DNA of 64,000 nucleotides from Gonapodya sp. JEL0774 (Eukaryota), in contig JADIIX010000096.1 of the NCBI GenBank assembly GCA_027604505.1, positions 1 through 64,000 on the forward strand, in the 5' to 3' direction. Below are positions 50,605-63,800 of the stretch, in pieces; position 1 is the first letter of the stretch; each line of letters opens with the position of its first letter. Both the position numbers and the translations under genes were made by a program. The notes beneath the pieces were generated by a model. The model was not told where the DNA came from. It made no database searches and saw only the letters and a program-made list of their open reading frames with translations.

Positions 50605-52216
50605 ATGTCCTGCTCCTGCTGCAACAAATCATTCGGTTGGTTCTCCTCGGGTTACGTTTGTCCCAACCCGTCCCCATCCCCTTCTTCAAAGTCTGCCGCC
50701 GCAGACGCGCCGGATGGGTCCGAGTCCCAAGCTGGCTCGTCTCCGGGCTGCGGGAAACGCTTCTGCGCGAAATGCGCAAACTACGCGCTCGTCACCGAGC
50801 ACGACGCGAAAATGGCTGAAAAGACTGAAGACTACGCCCACGCCCAAGTCACGACCTTGTGCAAGGAATGCTTCAAAAGAAACAGTCCGCTCGACTACAC
50901 CTCTGCAGACGGCCCTGCGGCCGACGGAGTAGACGTCATCGAGCCCGTCTCGTCGGTGAACGGGTCGGCTCCCTCTGTACCCACCACCATATTCTGGGCA
51001 CACGGCGGTGGCGGATGCAGACTCATGTTCAACTCCCACGCGCACTCGCTGGCATCCATGGGATACCGTTCCGTCCTCTTTGACTTCCCAGGCCACGGTC
51101 GTCTCATGGACGTGCCGCTCTCTATGGAATCCGTGGTAGAAAGGATCGTCAAGGTGGTGGCCACGTACGGGGACACTCGGGAAGGTGCCAGACACGTGTA
51201 CGTGGGCGGCAGTTTGGGGGGTTATATTGGAATGGAGATGCTCGGTGAGTGCAGTCGAGGGTTACCGCGAGCTACCGTGCACGTGAGGGAGAGGGGGAGA
51301 GCCACGAGGACATGTACCCTTTCATACCGACAAGGAGAGTAATCATCGTGCATGACGCGGGGAGAGATTCTTTTTTGCAAAGAAGCTACAGTGCAAATGA
51401 AGCAGTGTCAGATGGAAATGGGGTCCGGATGAAATTTCACAGGCTCTATCACAAGCGATCCCCTGTCACACCGCTCACCCTCACACTCCTCCTTCCCTCC
51501 TCCCTTCCTCACCTCCTCCCCTTCACACCTCTTCCCCTCCTCCCCCTCCTCCATTTCCGACGCAAGCCCTCAACCCCACCCTCTTCGACGCCGCCGTCAT
51601 CTCCATGTGCGGCCAGAACGTCGGCCACGGCGCCGGTCTCGCCGCCCGCTGGGGCCTCTCCCTCCTCGCCCTCCTCTCCTCGTACCTCTCCTCCTCCACC
51701 ATCCTCACCACCATGCGGTCCACATTTGCCGCCAACGGACATATGGACCACAAGCTCATGATGGACGCGGGCCTCCGCACGGGGTTTTACTTTGACCAGA
51801 ACGTGAACCAGATCGAGATACTTAGGCAGACGGATTCCGCGGCGGCGTTGGCAAAGTATCCGAGGCCGGTTTTGTTTGTGAACGGGTCCAAGGATCACTC
51901 GGATTCGGAGAACAAGTGGCTCGAGGTTTCCAACACAGCCAACGGGGGCAAATCGAAACTAGTGGTGTACAAGGGCGGGGTGAGTTCACGTGGAGCCGCA
52001 CTTATGGGTGGCAAGGCGTTGTTCGAAGTTTAGAGAGAACAAGCCCACCGCATTGGGTTATGCCAGAGGATTCCCGTGACGGTGCCCACCCTCACCCACA
52101 TACCTTCCGAACCTCTCACAAACCTGTAGGACCACGGATTCTCCCACGACAAGCGGTTCAAGGACGAGTTTACGACGGAAATCAAGACCTTTTTCGAGAC
52201 CGCGGCAGTCTTGTGA
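50605..52216 (+). CDS. FYVE-like zinc finger fused to an alpha/beta hydrolase
   Basis: CSCCNKSFGWF...C...CGKRFCAKC...LCKECF, then HGGGG, DFPGHG, nucleophile elbow GGSLGG, PVLFVNGSKD and GGDHGFSH; introns 51245-51566 and 51980-52129. Confidence 0.85.
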
Positions 52217-52434
52217 TGACGGAGCGATGGCAGCTCTTCCCCTCCGCGGTTGAAATCAAAGGCCTCCAGTTCAGCCCCTGTGATAAATTTATTTATGCAG
52301 CTTAAAGAGGATAGTATTGTTTCCTGAATTACATTAATGCGAGCTCTCTCCCTGTCATGAACTGTCCACTGCTCTCCCAAATTAACCCCAACACCCACAA
52401 CCCAACCTCTTCAGCAATAACCAACTTCACGTTT

Positions 52435-53939
52435 TCACGCCCCGGCCACCGCCGCACTACTTTCTTCCTTCTCATACTTCCACGTCCTCGTGTACCCCAT
52501 TCGCCGCCTCAGCCACTCGATGGCTGTGACGGCGCTCGGATCCTCGACGGCGCTCGAGTCGTTCCACGAATCGTGGTTGGGGAGCTTTGTGGAAGGCAGG
52601 TGGGGGTGAAGACGAATATGCGAAAGATGATGGGGTTGAGGTGAAGGAATGACAGTTGAGAGGAACTCGTTATCATGGTTTGATAAAGAGGGCGCCACAC
52701 AAAACTCACTCCAGTCAGTCTCCCATCCCACTCCCTTCCCACAACTTCCTCCCCTCCCACGTCCCGCAACGTCACCTCATCGTTCGCATGGGCGAAATAC
52801 GCCACCGAGAACCTCTCCATGTTCTCCTCCTCTGTCCGCGGCATGCGTACCCGGTGCGCGGTGGATCGGTACAGGCCTCGCGTCCAGTGCTCGATCAAGT
52901 CGCAGGTGTTGACGACGATGTGGGGACGTGGGGTGGCGGATGGAGGGGGAGGGACGTCGAGCCATTGGCGGGTTGGGTGGTGGTAGACCTGTGCAAAGGC
53001 AGCAGATAGGAGAAAGAGGAAGTGCTTTTTAGGGAATTCAAGCCAGAGGAGAGATCCTGAGGGACACACCCACCTCGAGTCCCCCAACGTCCCTCTGAAA
53101 CAACAACGTGACACTTCCATAATCAGTGTGCATTCCTGCCCGCACCACGCTCGGCTTTTCTCGTTTCTGGTCGTCTAGAACCTCCTGGGGTAACTTGGGG
53201 TACCTTAAGAACCGGAGCTCCTCCCCACCCGCATCACCATCCCACCGGAACTTGTCCTCGAGGGCGTTGGCAGGTAAACCCAGTGACAAAGAGATAGCGC
53301 GGTACAGTACATGAGTTGATTCGTGACACAGACGTGTGAAGAGAATGAAGTCGTCCCAACGTTGTTGGAACTCCTCTGGGTAGGAGGGACGGTCGTGTTC
53401 GGGGTCGAGCAAGTCTTTGGCGGTATCAAAGACCTCTTTTTGGTCGATTTTGTCGGTTTCGAATCTGAGCTACTTCGTGTTAGAAGGTGTTGACACAAGA
53501 AAGTCGCAGCTCCGTGCACTCCTCAGGAACTCACTTTTCCTCTCCGAACCTTGAGTAGCCCCAGTGAGTCCACAGGGCTCTCTTCCTCTTGCCTGATTTC
53601 ACGTCCATGTTGCCGTACGAGTCGGTGAATTTGACCTTGTACTCTTCCTCTCGGCCGAAAAAGGTCTTCGAGAGCTCAAACATTTGGTCGACATGGGAGT
53701 GTTCCAGAGGACCGATGTTTGTCACATACATAAAGCCTGAGAGCACAAAGCGCTTTGAGTATTTGGAAACAGGTTTTGGTGACGATGGGGCGGGTTCCGA
53801 ACCACGAACCAACTTCAGAGAGCGCCGAGCGCACGTCTCGAACGATCCGGTCAGTTTGCCCCAGATCTGATTCGAATCCAGCGAAATCCACGATAGGAAT
53901 GGATTGCGGCGTCGATGATTTGGAAGGAGAATCAGTCAT
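52435..53939 (-). CDS. 2-oxoglutarate/Fe(II) dioxygenase (DIOX_N/isopenicillin N synthase-like)
   Basis: IPIVDF; GFMYV; LRFLRYP; HTDYGSVTLLFQ (HxD); STAHRV (distal His); RFSVAYF (RxS). Confidence 0.92.
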
Positions 53940-54163
53940 TGCAAACCATGAAACATATGTAGAAGCGGCCTTCTGGTATTCGAGAGTGACTCAGCTCATG
54001 ACGCCGCCAACGTCATGTGAGCCCAGCCAATGATCCCAGACACGAGTACAGGAAATGGCCACACTCGGGCAATCTAAATCTTGTCCTTTATGTATAACTC
54101 TTGACATGGCCTCTATCTGACTCTCTTGTTCATCCCATTCACAGCTTTTGGGCACAAAGGCAG

Positions 54164-54559
54164 TCAAAGCAGATCCCTCCCCGTCAGACTGTACCCTCCA
54201 CCCGCAGAAGCCACTTCCTTGGCATTCTCCCACATCTGTTTCTCATGCACAATTTCTTCTGTCTCCGCAATCCGTGGACCGAGCTGTTCCTTTCCCTTTG
54301 ACCCGATGTCACTGGCGACCCCGGCTTCAACGGCAGAAGCTAGATGTGTTCTGGTGTCAGTAAATTTGGTTTCGTCTGCACGGCGAAGGGTTTCCAGGTC
54401 GCGAGCTTCTCGATCCGCAATCTCTTCAACGGTGACTCTGTGCACGACACACATGAGAGAAGAAAACAGTTTTGTCTGCAAATCCATGGTGCGAGTCTCT
54501 CACCCAGCTACATCTCTGTCTTCCGGCTGACGATTGACAGCTGCTGAATTTTTGGACAT
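54164..54559 (-). CDS. Small charged hypothetical protein (probably two exons)
   Basis: MSKNSAAVNRQPEDRDVAG followed by a GTGAGA donor and a Glu/Arg-rich ORF ending ...TGRDLL*. Confidence 0.5.
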
Positions 54560-54813
54560 AGTACGAGATGACCTGGCGATTCTTAGACTGGTCGAGAAGA
54601 ACCTAAGTCCTATTTTCAGAGAAAACAGACGCTCAAAAGCAATTTTCTCGCAGGACTCCACCTTGCGTATGAGAAATTTAATTCATGCAATTGATTGAAA
54701 GGTGACGCCATAACAAATAATAAATTGTTCCTTGCCGACTCTGAGCACAGACCAAGCCCCCCACTGATTCCCTGGTTGAATTTCTCGCGCATTCCAACTA
54801 TCCCGAACAAACC

Positions 54814-56604
54814 ATGGCTCCCGTCGATGTTTCAAAGCTGCCCGTGACCGAGACTCCGGTACGTTATCGATACGAAGCTGGGGCCAAAATCCGCCAGTTC
54901 AATGTCGGATGGAGCGGTCCTTGACTTCCGAGTTCCGATTCTCATCCGATACCGTGCCCCGTTGAACTCCCCGTCCGTTCATTCCCTCAGCTCAAGTACA
55001 ACAAAAGGGACCTTATCCTTTGTGAGCGTCTGCTGCGTCGCGTCTGGGGACCGGAATCTCGCTGATTCTGTTTGAATCGGGCACACGCGATTCAACTATT
55101 GCTCCGCCAATGTTTCCCGAACTCTATCTCTTTCTCCCCCTTTCATTCTTCAGACGCTATTGGGATCGGTTCTGATGATGTGATTATGACTTCGTTCGTG
55201 TGCGTTTCGCCAGAGTGGTCCAGTAAATCTCTATTGGTCCACAGCTCCGCTACGTTTACGAGCTCGACAAGAACTTCGCCGCTTTCCCCACCTACCCCAT
55301 CGTTCTGCCTTTCCGCGGGGAATCATTCGATGTCATTGACTTCCTGGGTGGTGTGAGCTTCCACCATGCTGTTGAGTCTGACTTCATGACCCATTCACGT
55401 GTTCACTTTCCACGATTCCTTCTGTTCCCATCTGTTCCCATTGAACGACCCCTCTCAACGGCTCCCTTCTTTTTCATCGACCAATTGTCGTGTCCGCTTT
55501 CAACGATTGATATTCATCTCTTCTCATTACATGACCGATTAACGATTCCCACGTTTCTAGCAAAGGAGAAGCAACAGCAACATCCCAGGTGTGAAGCTTG
55601 ACCCTGCCAAAGTTCTCGATGGCGAGCGATCTATTGAAATTTTGGCGCCCTTGCCCCTCGGTGGAGAGGTACGTGTCCACGCTACAGCGAAAGGGGTTTT
55701 AATCGCCAATGCCCCAAGAGGTGGATTTTTTCGTCCTGGCACGCCTCTCACTGGGCCATGGATGCTTGATGTCACGATTCATTTGTAATGACCATTCTCA
55801 CTATCCCTCCATCTTCCACAGCTTGTTGCCCGTTCCAGGACTACCAACGTCTACGATGTCGGAAAAGCCGCCATTCTTGAGAGTGAGACTCTCATTCTCG
55901 ACAAGCAGGGCAAGCCCTACGTCAGGTTGTCCGGCTCGGCGTTCTTCCGCGACGCCGGAGGTTTCGGTGGACCAAGGCCCCCTAAGCAGGGACCGGAGTC
56001 CACTCCCCCCACCAGGGCTGCGGACAAGGTGAGAATTGGGTGTTGTGTCCCGCATGAGAACCTAATGCTGAGAACATTGCGTATTTCCCCAACAGGTGTT
56101 GTCCTTCAAGACATCCCCAACTCAAGCCCAAATTTACCGCCTGTCGGGCGACTACAGTATGTTGCTATGCATTAGAGCCCGAAACCTATTAAGCCCACAA
56201 AATAATATTCGAATCCATCGTCAGACCCCCTCCACATCGACCCAGTTTTCTCCGGCAAAGTCGGCTTCAAGGTCCCCATTCTTCACGGTCTCTGCTCCTG
56301 GGGAATTGGTGCCCGTCTCATCTTGAAGGCGTGGGGCGACAACGACGCTTCCCGATTTGTGTCCTACAAGGGTCGGTTCACTGCTCCAGTTCTGCCCGGC
56401 GAGACCCTCCAGCTCGGTGAGTGTAATCGCATTGTGAAAGTATTTGAATCATAACTCATCTGTCGGATGCTTTCAGAGTCGTGGCTCGTTCGCACCGAAG
56501 GTGACAAGCAGATCATCTCCTTCCAGGTTCGGCTTGCAGAGCGCAACATCATCGCCATCGGTGGTGGTGTCGCAGTCATCAAGACTGCCGGAAGCAAATT
56601 GTAA
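54814..56604 (+). CDS. Stand-alone peroxisomal enoyl-CoA hydratase 2 (MaoC double hot-dog), PTS1 SKL
   Basis: RDLILYAIGIG; YVYELD; FPTYP; hydratase-2 motif IYRLSGDYNPLHIDP; PILHGLCSWG; RFTAPVLPGETL; ends GSKL*. Confidence 0.92.
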
Positions 56605-56723
56605 AAAGCAAATTGAAATATAAAGTCGAGTTTGGCGGTGGAGAAGTTATTCTTGCCTCTGACCCACAATAAAGTAAAATTCCAGGGCAATGTCGACATC
56701 TATGAGAAAATCTTCTCATCTAA

Positions 56724-58335
56724 TTACAATCTAGCGTCTGACTTAATGTGACCTGCGTTCGATGGCTTCATTCTCTCCTTTAGTGGAAGTACAAACTGCA
56801 ACACCGCTGCCGTGAAGGCGTCATTTTTGTCTCCTGCAACCATGTGCGATGCACCTTGAACATCTACGAACTTTAAGTGTAATTTTACCACGCGCGTGAT
56901 TGAAGAGTGACGTGAGATTCCCGGAAAGAGGACGGAAACCGCGATCACTCACCTGAGCATGTGGAACAAGTTCGAGGAATTGTTTGACGCTGTTCTCGCT
57001 TACAACGCTAGACAAAATGGGAGCCACGCAACGTCTGGCTTCATTCTGCATCATAATAGATTACGCGGTCACTTACTCGCTCATCTTCCCACGAACAAGC
57101 AGACACGGACATTTGATTCCCTTTGCTCGCTCCACTAGGCCAACCAGACGATCACCTGTATCCGTGTTATCTGCATCCGAGGTTGGCTCTTGAACGGACC
57201 GTCCACGGCCTGACGACGTCATGAACTAAGACGATTTCGGTAAAAGAAAACATGAACATGTTATCTAGTTCGCCACGGGATGAATTTCCAAGTCTTCGGA
57301 AGGTTGTCATGAACTCACAGCGGGGTCCCAGTGCCAGCGATACTTCCCGTTTGCTTGTAGTCGCAAGTTCTTCGACAGGCCCGAGTTGTCCTTGGGACGA
57401 GGTCGATGAGGAAGATATGCAGCAACATAATCGGCTGGAGGTCATTTCCGAACACGACTGGTGAGTACTGTGAACAGAACCACGTCAACTGGCACAGAAC
57501 TTGAGCAGACATACCGGCATCTTGCAGCGACTCAAACTCAGTGCGGTTTGTCATGAAGCCAACGATACGGCTGATTCCCTCGGGTTCGTTGTGAATAGAG
57601 ATATCGACCAACACGATACCCGTCATGTTTGCATTCTTTGCAGACCATATCGCTGCAGAGCCCCCCATACTGGTGAATATCAGACGAATAAACGGCATTT
57701 AAAGCGTCAGTCATTCTTTTCCCGACACTATTATTACCTTACAGGACAATCGGGCGACTCACCTTGCTCCAACAACAATGGGTCCGTTCAGCTCTGAAGT
57801 AACGTTGAGCACATCCACCTCAAATGCCGTCATGGAATAATCTGACTTGGGATCCCATTCGCTTTTTTGACAATAATTATGGGCGATTGAATGACATGGA
57901 CAGCAAAAAGCGGGTCAAAGGCTACCGCATAATAGAATCCGCCCACCATCCTGAGCTTACCTGTCACCGTGTCCACGAAGATCCATGGACACCGCATAAA
58001 AGCCTAGCCTGGCGAGATGATTTGCCGTGCTCCCCCACTGCGATTGTCGAATGTGATCGGGAGAGTTAATACGCCCGCTTTCCAACAAGGAGCTAGGACT
58101 AACTCACGGAATGTCTCGTCTGGCCTCCACCATGGAGAAACAGAACGCAGGGATTTGATGGATCACCGTAGGTGTCTGCTGCTAAGCGCACGCCATTGAA
58201 TCCCAGAAACGTCCTTCTGTTCGGAGTCTCTGGATGAGGAACGGCGCCAACTTAGGGAAAGGACGAGCAAAACGGAGATTCCCAATAGGTCATGGCGTGA
58301 CACGAACCGATCTGCCCAGCGTCAGAGCGAACCAT
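56724..58335 (-). CDS. Alpha/beta hydrolase with PTS1 (ARL)
   Basis: GVRLAADTYGDP...VLFLHGGGQTRHS; DLRGHGD; GASMGG; VLVDI; ASHMVAGDKNDAF; ends KSDARL*. Confidence 0.88.
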
Positions 58336-58615
58336 TGCGGTTTTCGGTGTGACAATTCGGATCCAAATTTGCAGTTCCGACTCGGCCGCCGCTCATCAAC
58401 CAGATCCGGCTAGAGCTCCCCCCGGTTTACCCGCATAGTGCTTCTTCAACTTAGCAAGAACTCGCCATTCTTCGATACAAAGTTGTATGACTTTCCACAA
58501 TATCCACTCTCTCGTATTGCGACCATATCCCTTGTTTTTCATATCTTCACACTCGAGGCTAGTCATTACACGAATGCATACGCTGATATGTACTCCACCA
58601 AGAGCATAAAAGAAT

Positions 58616-59499
58616 TTAGCTGTGCTTCCCCTGTGAATTCGAAGTTTGGAGCGAGATAACATCAGAGTCACATTTTTGTGAATGTACATGGGGAATGTTA
58701 TCGGGTTTGGCGGCTCAAATCTCAACCTTGCAGCCAACTGTTAGTCCCAGATTGATTCCTCAGTTCTGAAATTCCTTTTTCTCCCGGATATGTCCACTGC
58801 AGCCTGGCCTCTCGTTCCTTCTAAAATTGAATCCTCACCTTAAGCGCGTTGGCAATGGTGATGTACTTCTTCTGGGCTTCCTCCTTCGTCATACCCTTGA
58901 CGTCATTCCAAGCATTCCACTTGGCCTTGCCTTTGAAGTCCAAGAATCCTGTTTGAATTGATTCCACAAACCGAAAAGGGGACAGTACAAGGCAAGAGAC
59001 AAAAATACAAGAGAAAGATGAGATTTTGGGCGAAGCAGTGACGATAATCAGTAAGCGTTGGGGCAACCGTCTACGACCTAAGGGGATCGCAAAACTGACC
59101 AGGTTGCGGAGTGTTGATGTCACCGACGGTTCCTTGCTTGTATAGAGCGTCTGCACGGCAGGATCATCATGAAACAGATCGGGGGGTAGATTGACAAGAA
59201 AGGTAAACGGATTGATTGACGAGTGAGAGAAGGTGTGCCATCAATGGGCTTTGGAAATGTCGCTGTTCAAGCGTCCAAGGCCCTCGACAACAATTACGAA
59301 CAGAGTTCAAGGAGTTCTGCGTCAGTAGGGCGACTCTTCAGATCGTTGCTATTGACGCAACCGGTAGAGATAGGAAAGTGATGTACCACGGGGAATGAGA
59401 TTGCCGGATTGCATTCTAGAAAAAAGGCAGAATTTCGCAAGAATGTTCTACGCACATCTCCTTGGCGGCTTGCTCGAATTCGGCACTGAGGTCGGACAT
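58616..59499 (-). CDS. ACB1: Acyl-CoA-binding protein (ACBP), five exons
   Basis: [77 protein letters not shown]; last exon GKHS* is tentative. Confidence 0.92.
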
Positions 59500-59878
59500 G
59501 ATGAATATGAGATTCGTGTGGGTTGGACGAGAGAGTAGTGTATGAAAAGGGTCACCTGCGCATCGTCATTCCAGCCACGGCAACCACGCACATCCACCAG
59601 TCTTGCTAAAACGAATTATTGGCTCAAAAGCCACAAAAACCAGTTTACATCGCGATTCTCTGAATATTGGTGCTCTCCTTTCTTGTGTAGTAATACAGTG
59701 GAGGAGCCTTGGAAGATGATAAAACTAGCGATTCAGACATGTAACTATTCGACGAAATGGGACAAACACTTTTGGTTTGTATGAGTCAGAATGTCGAAAG
59801 TGTGTTGAGAATTTGCTCTGTCATGGTTCACCAAGTCAGTTCCTGTCCTGGGTATCATCGCGGAGACTCACATTCGAG

Positions 59879-62257
59879 ATGGAAAATCCGGACGATTGGA
59901 AGTTTTTTCTCCGATCGCGAGCTTGGCTGACGGAGATATCACTTGGTCCCAAGTTTGAGATGAAAGATGAGATCCCTGAGCATCAAGAGTCCGGCGGAAC
60001 GGACCCGCTCAAGAGGACGGGGGCGACAATGGCAAGATTCGAAACCGCCAATGTCGTAAACCCACCAAATCGCCCGCCGGATCCAGATGGTGCTCCAAAT
60101 CAATCGGGATGCTTGACTTCAGAGCACATCCCCTCAAAACCGCTTCTCCCGGCAAGGACGCCAGAATCGTCGGGATCGAGTACACAAGAGTACGACGATC
60201 TCTCGCAATTTCTAAGCGATAATGGCAGAACAGAAGTGTCGCGATCCGGCCCTGGCTTGGATATGGCGGGAAGAGAGAGTCAGCGGAGAGAGCGCAACCG
60301 CTTAGAGGCAAAGCTTGTCTTCGATGGACGTTGCAAATTCAGTTGGAATATACCCTGGGATCCTAGAGAAATGGGCGAAAAGCTGAAAGCGGCCCCAGCG
60401 ATATCTACGGCAAAAGACAGAGCGGATGGTCTCATCTCACCCAATGTTTTGGGGAAATCAAATGTGGCTGTCGGCAATTCTCACCAAAGAACTTCGGATG
60501 ACTCCGAGTCTCCAGACATTTTTGAGGGTCTTCGAAAGGAATTCATCGGGGATGTACCCAGCAGTAGCTGCGGTGGTGAATCGGAAGTCAACATTCGGAA
60601 ACGGAAGAGAGATGAGGACAATGGTGTTAACTTGGACAGCGAAGGGACTCGAGGCTATCATCTTCATGAAGCACTTTCTGCTGTGACTGGCCCAGCAACT
60701 GAGAAGGCCGATTTTGATCACCCAATGAAACGTCCCCGCGCTGATCTCGGTGGCCGGGCACCGGAAAGCGACGGCAGGACAGGCAGTGTAGATGCACCAC
60801 CTGGGAATCAGCAGGCGGGGCTCCAACAGCAATCGGAGATCTCAGATAGTCTTTTGCCTCCGGTCGTCTCCAAACCGCCGACCTCCCTCCGCCCAAAGTG
60901 GTTGACATTTGCTCTTCCCGAGAACGGACGACAATTTAGCGAGGTGAGACTTGACAGTTTATTTGCATCGCCAAAGTGTTATATTGGAATCCTTCGTCAA
61001 TCACAGTTTGAACTTCAACTCTACACGTCCTTTTCCCCTAAACCTCCACATTATCCCGCATTACTCGCCGAGTTTCGGCCTTTGGAAACTAGTACTGTGT
61101 CCACAAAATCGTCTTCCGGACTGGAACCTCTCCGATTTCTGGTTCTCCAGAAAAATATTCGTCGTCTCACTCTTCCAGGCGATGAAGCAAAGCCATGGAG
61201 TGCGACGGCGAGCATGGAACTCGATAACGTGACATGGAATGTGTACGGAAAGTCCGCTCTTGGGGCGACCAGCAGCGAGAAGCGCAAAAGGGAAACAAAG
61301 GATCGCGCTGGCCAGAAACACGCGAAACCCACGAAATCACGTTCAGAAGCTGGACCGCAAAGCAAGTGGGCGAGGGAAAGTGCCGCGATACGCAGGTTAG
61401 CGTTTAGTGTTCAGAACTTCGCATTGATCCACTATCGCAGACTTGGAGTTCCTGTCTTTGTTCCAGTCTGTTCTCCGACCTCTTTGCACACTTAAACGCT
61501 GTGCAATCTCCCCGCGCTCCCCCGCAACCCTCTTCTAATGACAACATTTTACCAGTACTACATGCTCATAAATTTTGGATCAGAATTGCAGAGGGACAAC
61601 CGTCTGCACCAGTTTCAACCATGAAAGCTGACAAAACAGAAGCTGGCAAAAAGGTCACGAGGAGAAGAAATCGGAAACACAAAGGAGAGACTAGTTCCAA
61701 TAAACCTGAGGGTCCACGAGACATTGATCCTATTCTGTCCAAAGACCCTGCCACCGAGGTTCCGTCCAGCGGTTCGGTGGGAGCCAACAGCAATAAATCT
61801 CAGGTGGACGCTGTCGTATTGCGTTTGGACGGAACAGAAATGGTTTGTTACTCCCAAACTCTATGCTAGAGTGGCAATATGACACATTATACTCCATCAT
61901 TAGGAAAACCGCCTCTCTCATCGACTTCGATCTGTCTTATCGTGCCTCGCTGTTACTGGCTCTGGCGAATCCGGGAAGTCAAAAGCCATGCTGGCACGGT
62001 CACCCCACAGCTCTCCACTCTCTGAATCTGTCGGGAATACACCATCAATTGACCGTCCCCGAAAAGTACTCGATATGGGTGCTGTACACGACGAGAATAC
62101 GCCACCTGGCTCAATCAGCCAATCTCGGGAGACAGATGATGAACGGATGACAAGGCTGGGGGGAGTACTTGGGATAATGGAGGACACCGTTGCGGAATTG
62201 AGCGAGTGGCTCCAGAGTCAGAAGGAACGCCTGCAAGTGCCGACTATAAATCTATAG
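59879..62257 (+). CDS. Large hypothetical protein, mostly low-complexity, with basic NLS-like clusters
   Basis: 572-codon ORF plus downstream ORFs 61501-61869 and 61988-62257; RKRKR, KRPR and KRKR clusters; no recognisable family. Confidence 0.55.
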
Positions 62258-62390
62258 GGTCAGTAAGGTTTTAACTCAGCATTCTTGCTATGTATCGATT
62301 GTAACAGATGTATATTCACTGTTTGCAAATGAAATTATTACAACAGGTGCAGGACCTCAGTTAACTGAGTACAAGGTCCAGGCACTATGT

Positions 62391-63800
62391 TCATAAATTG
62401 GCCTCCTCCCTGGGTAGTTCTCCAATGAGGGTATCGCCCGCCGTAAAGCGTTTGATGTTCTCTGACACATAACGAGAAAGTTTCTGACCAACCCGCGTGT
62501 TCGACCACGACATATGAGGGGTGCAGAAAATTGGGTGTGGATGATACTGGAGCACGTTTCAAACCCAACCCATTGCAATGTGTCACGAAGAGTAAGTACA
62601 GAGCCGATTGAGGGACCTACACTGACATTACCTTCAACAGGGGATTGGATGCGGATATTGGCTCCCCCTTGAAGACATCGAGGGCTTAAGGAAAAATGCA
62701 ACATCAGAATACCCCAGATGAGGTGGCATGCAGAAAGCTACGAACTGGCACCAGAAATCTGACCGCTCTCGACAGACTCAATCAGAGCAGACTCATCAAG
62801 TAATGCACCACGACTAATGTTGACAACATAGGCTCCCTTCTTAAGCTTAGAAAAGACGTCACGGTTGACGATGTTCTCGGTTGAAGCAGACGCCGGAGCG
62901 GCAATGACCAGATAATCAATAGTAGAAAGAAGGTCCGTGTTGGATGCCCTTGTTTGCGATGCGATTAAGATTGATAGTAAGTAAATTAAATAGAAAGGGG
63001 AGCTTAAAAATTGCGTAGGCAATTCACCATTCGTCTGCAGCGTACACGTTATCAACGTTAGCGGGAGGCACTCCTTGCACACTTCTCTTCGACCCAAAGA
63101 CTTCCATACCGAAAGCCTTGGCGCGCTTCGCGATCTCCAACCCGATACTTCCCAACCCCAGGATAAATATCCTTGAACCTTCAATGTCCCCGCTCGCTAA
63201 AGCGGTTCCCCGAGTCCACCAGCTATCATCTGTTGCTGGCAAAGAACGTTCATGGAAACGCTTAGCTTGGCGCAAAATCGCCGCGAGAACAAACTCTGCA
63301 ATTGCAGACGAATTGACTTGGGAGATGGTGATTCTGACAAGACCCTGAATACCAGGAAAACTGTTTGGAGGGACGGGGCTTCAGGATGACTCGCGCTGAT
63401 TAGGCACCACAAAATCTCACGTGAAATGCTCCGTCCCAGCGGATGGTGCTATCACAAGGGATACCCTCTGGAAGCAAAGTATGGAACAAGATCGGACTCT
63501 TTCAGTTGACAAGGGGATCCATCAGTCGATAGATACCTTCCACTTTTCCAAAGTCCGCTTAACATCGACAGACGTATCCCTGCCCTTAACGTTAAATGGT
63601 CCTAGCAAGATTTGAGACTGGGCAGCTAACTCGTTTTGGTTTGGATCCAAAGGAAGTGAGCTGTCGTTGTCCACTGGAACCCAGGTGATTTCAGGGGTAC
63701 GGGGGATAAGAGCACTGTAAGATTTGAAGAAAGACCCAAAGACTAAAACAGGGGTAGGAGATTGGGTGGAGTTTCCGGATGTTGGGTTTGACGTGAGCAT
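62391..63800 (-). CDS. D-isomer-specific 2-hydroxyacid dehydrogenase, C-terminal ANL
   Basis: SAGTEH; AIAEFVL; ILGLGSIGLEIAKRAKAFGM; VNISRGALLDE; LDVFKGEP; final exon FCTPHMSW...ENIKRFTAG...EEANL*. Confidence 0.9.
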
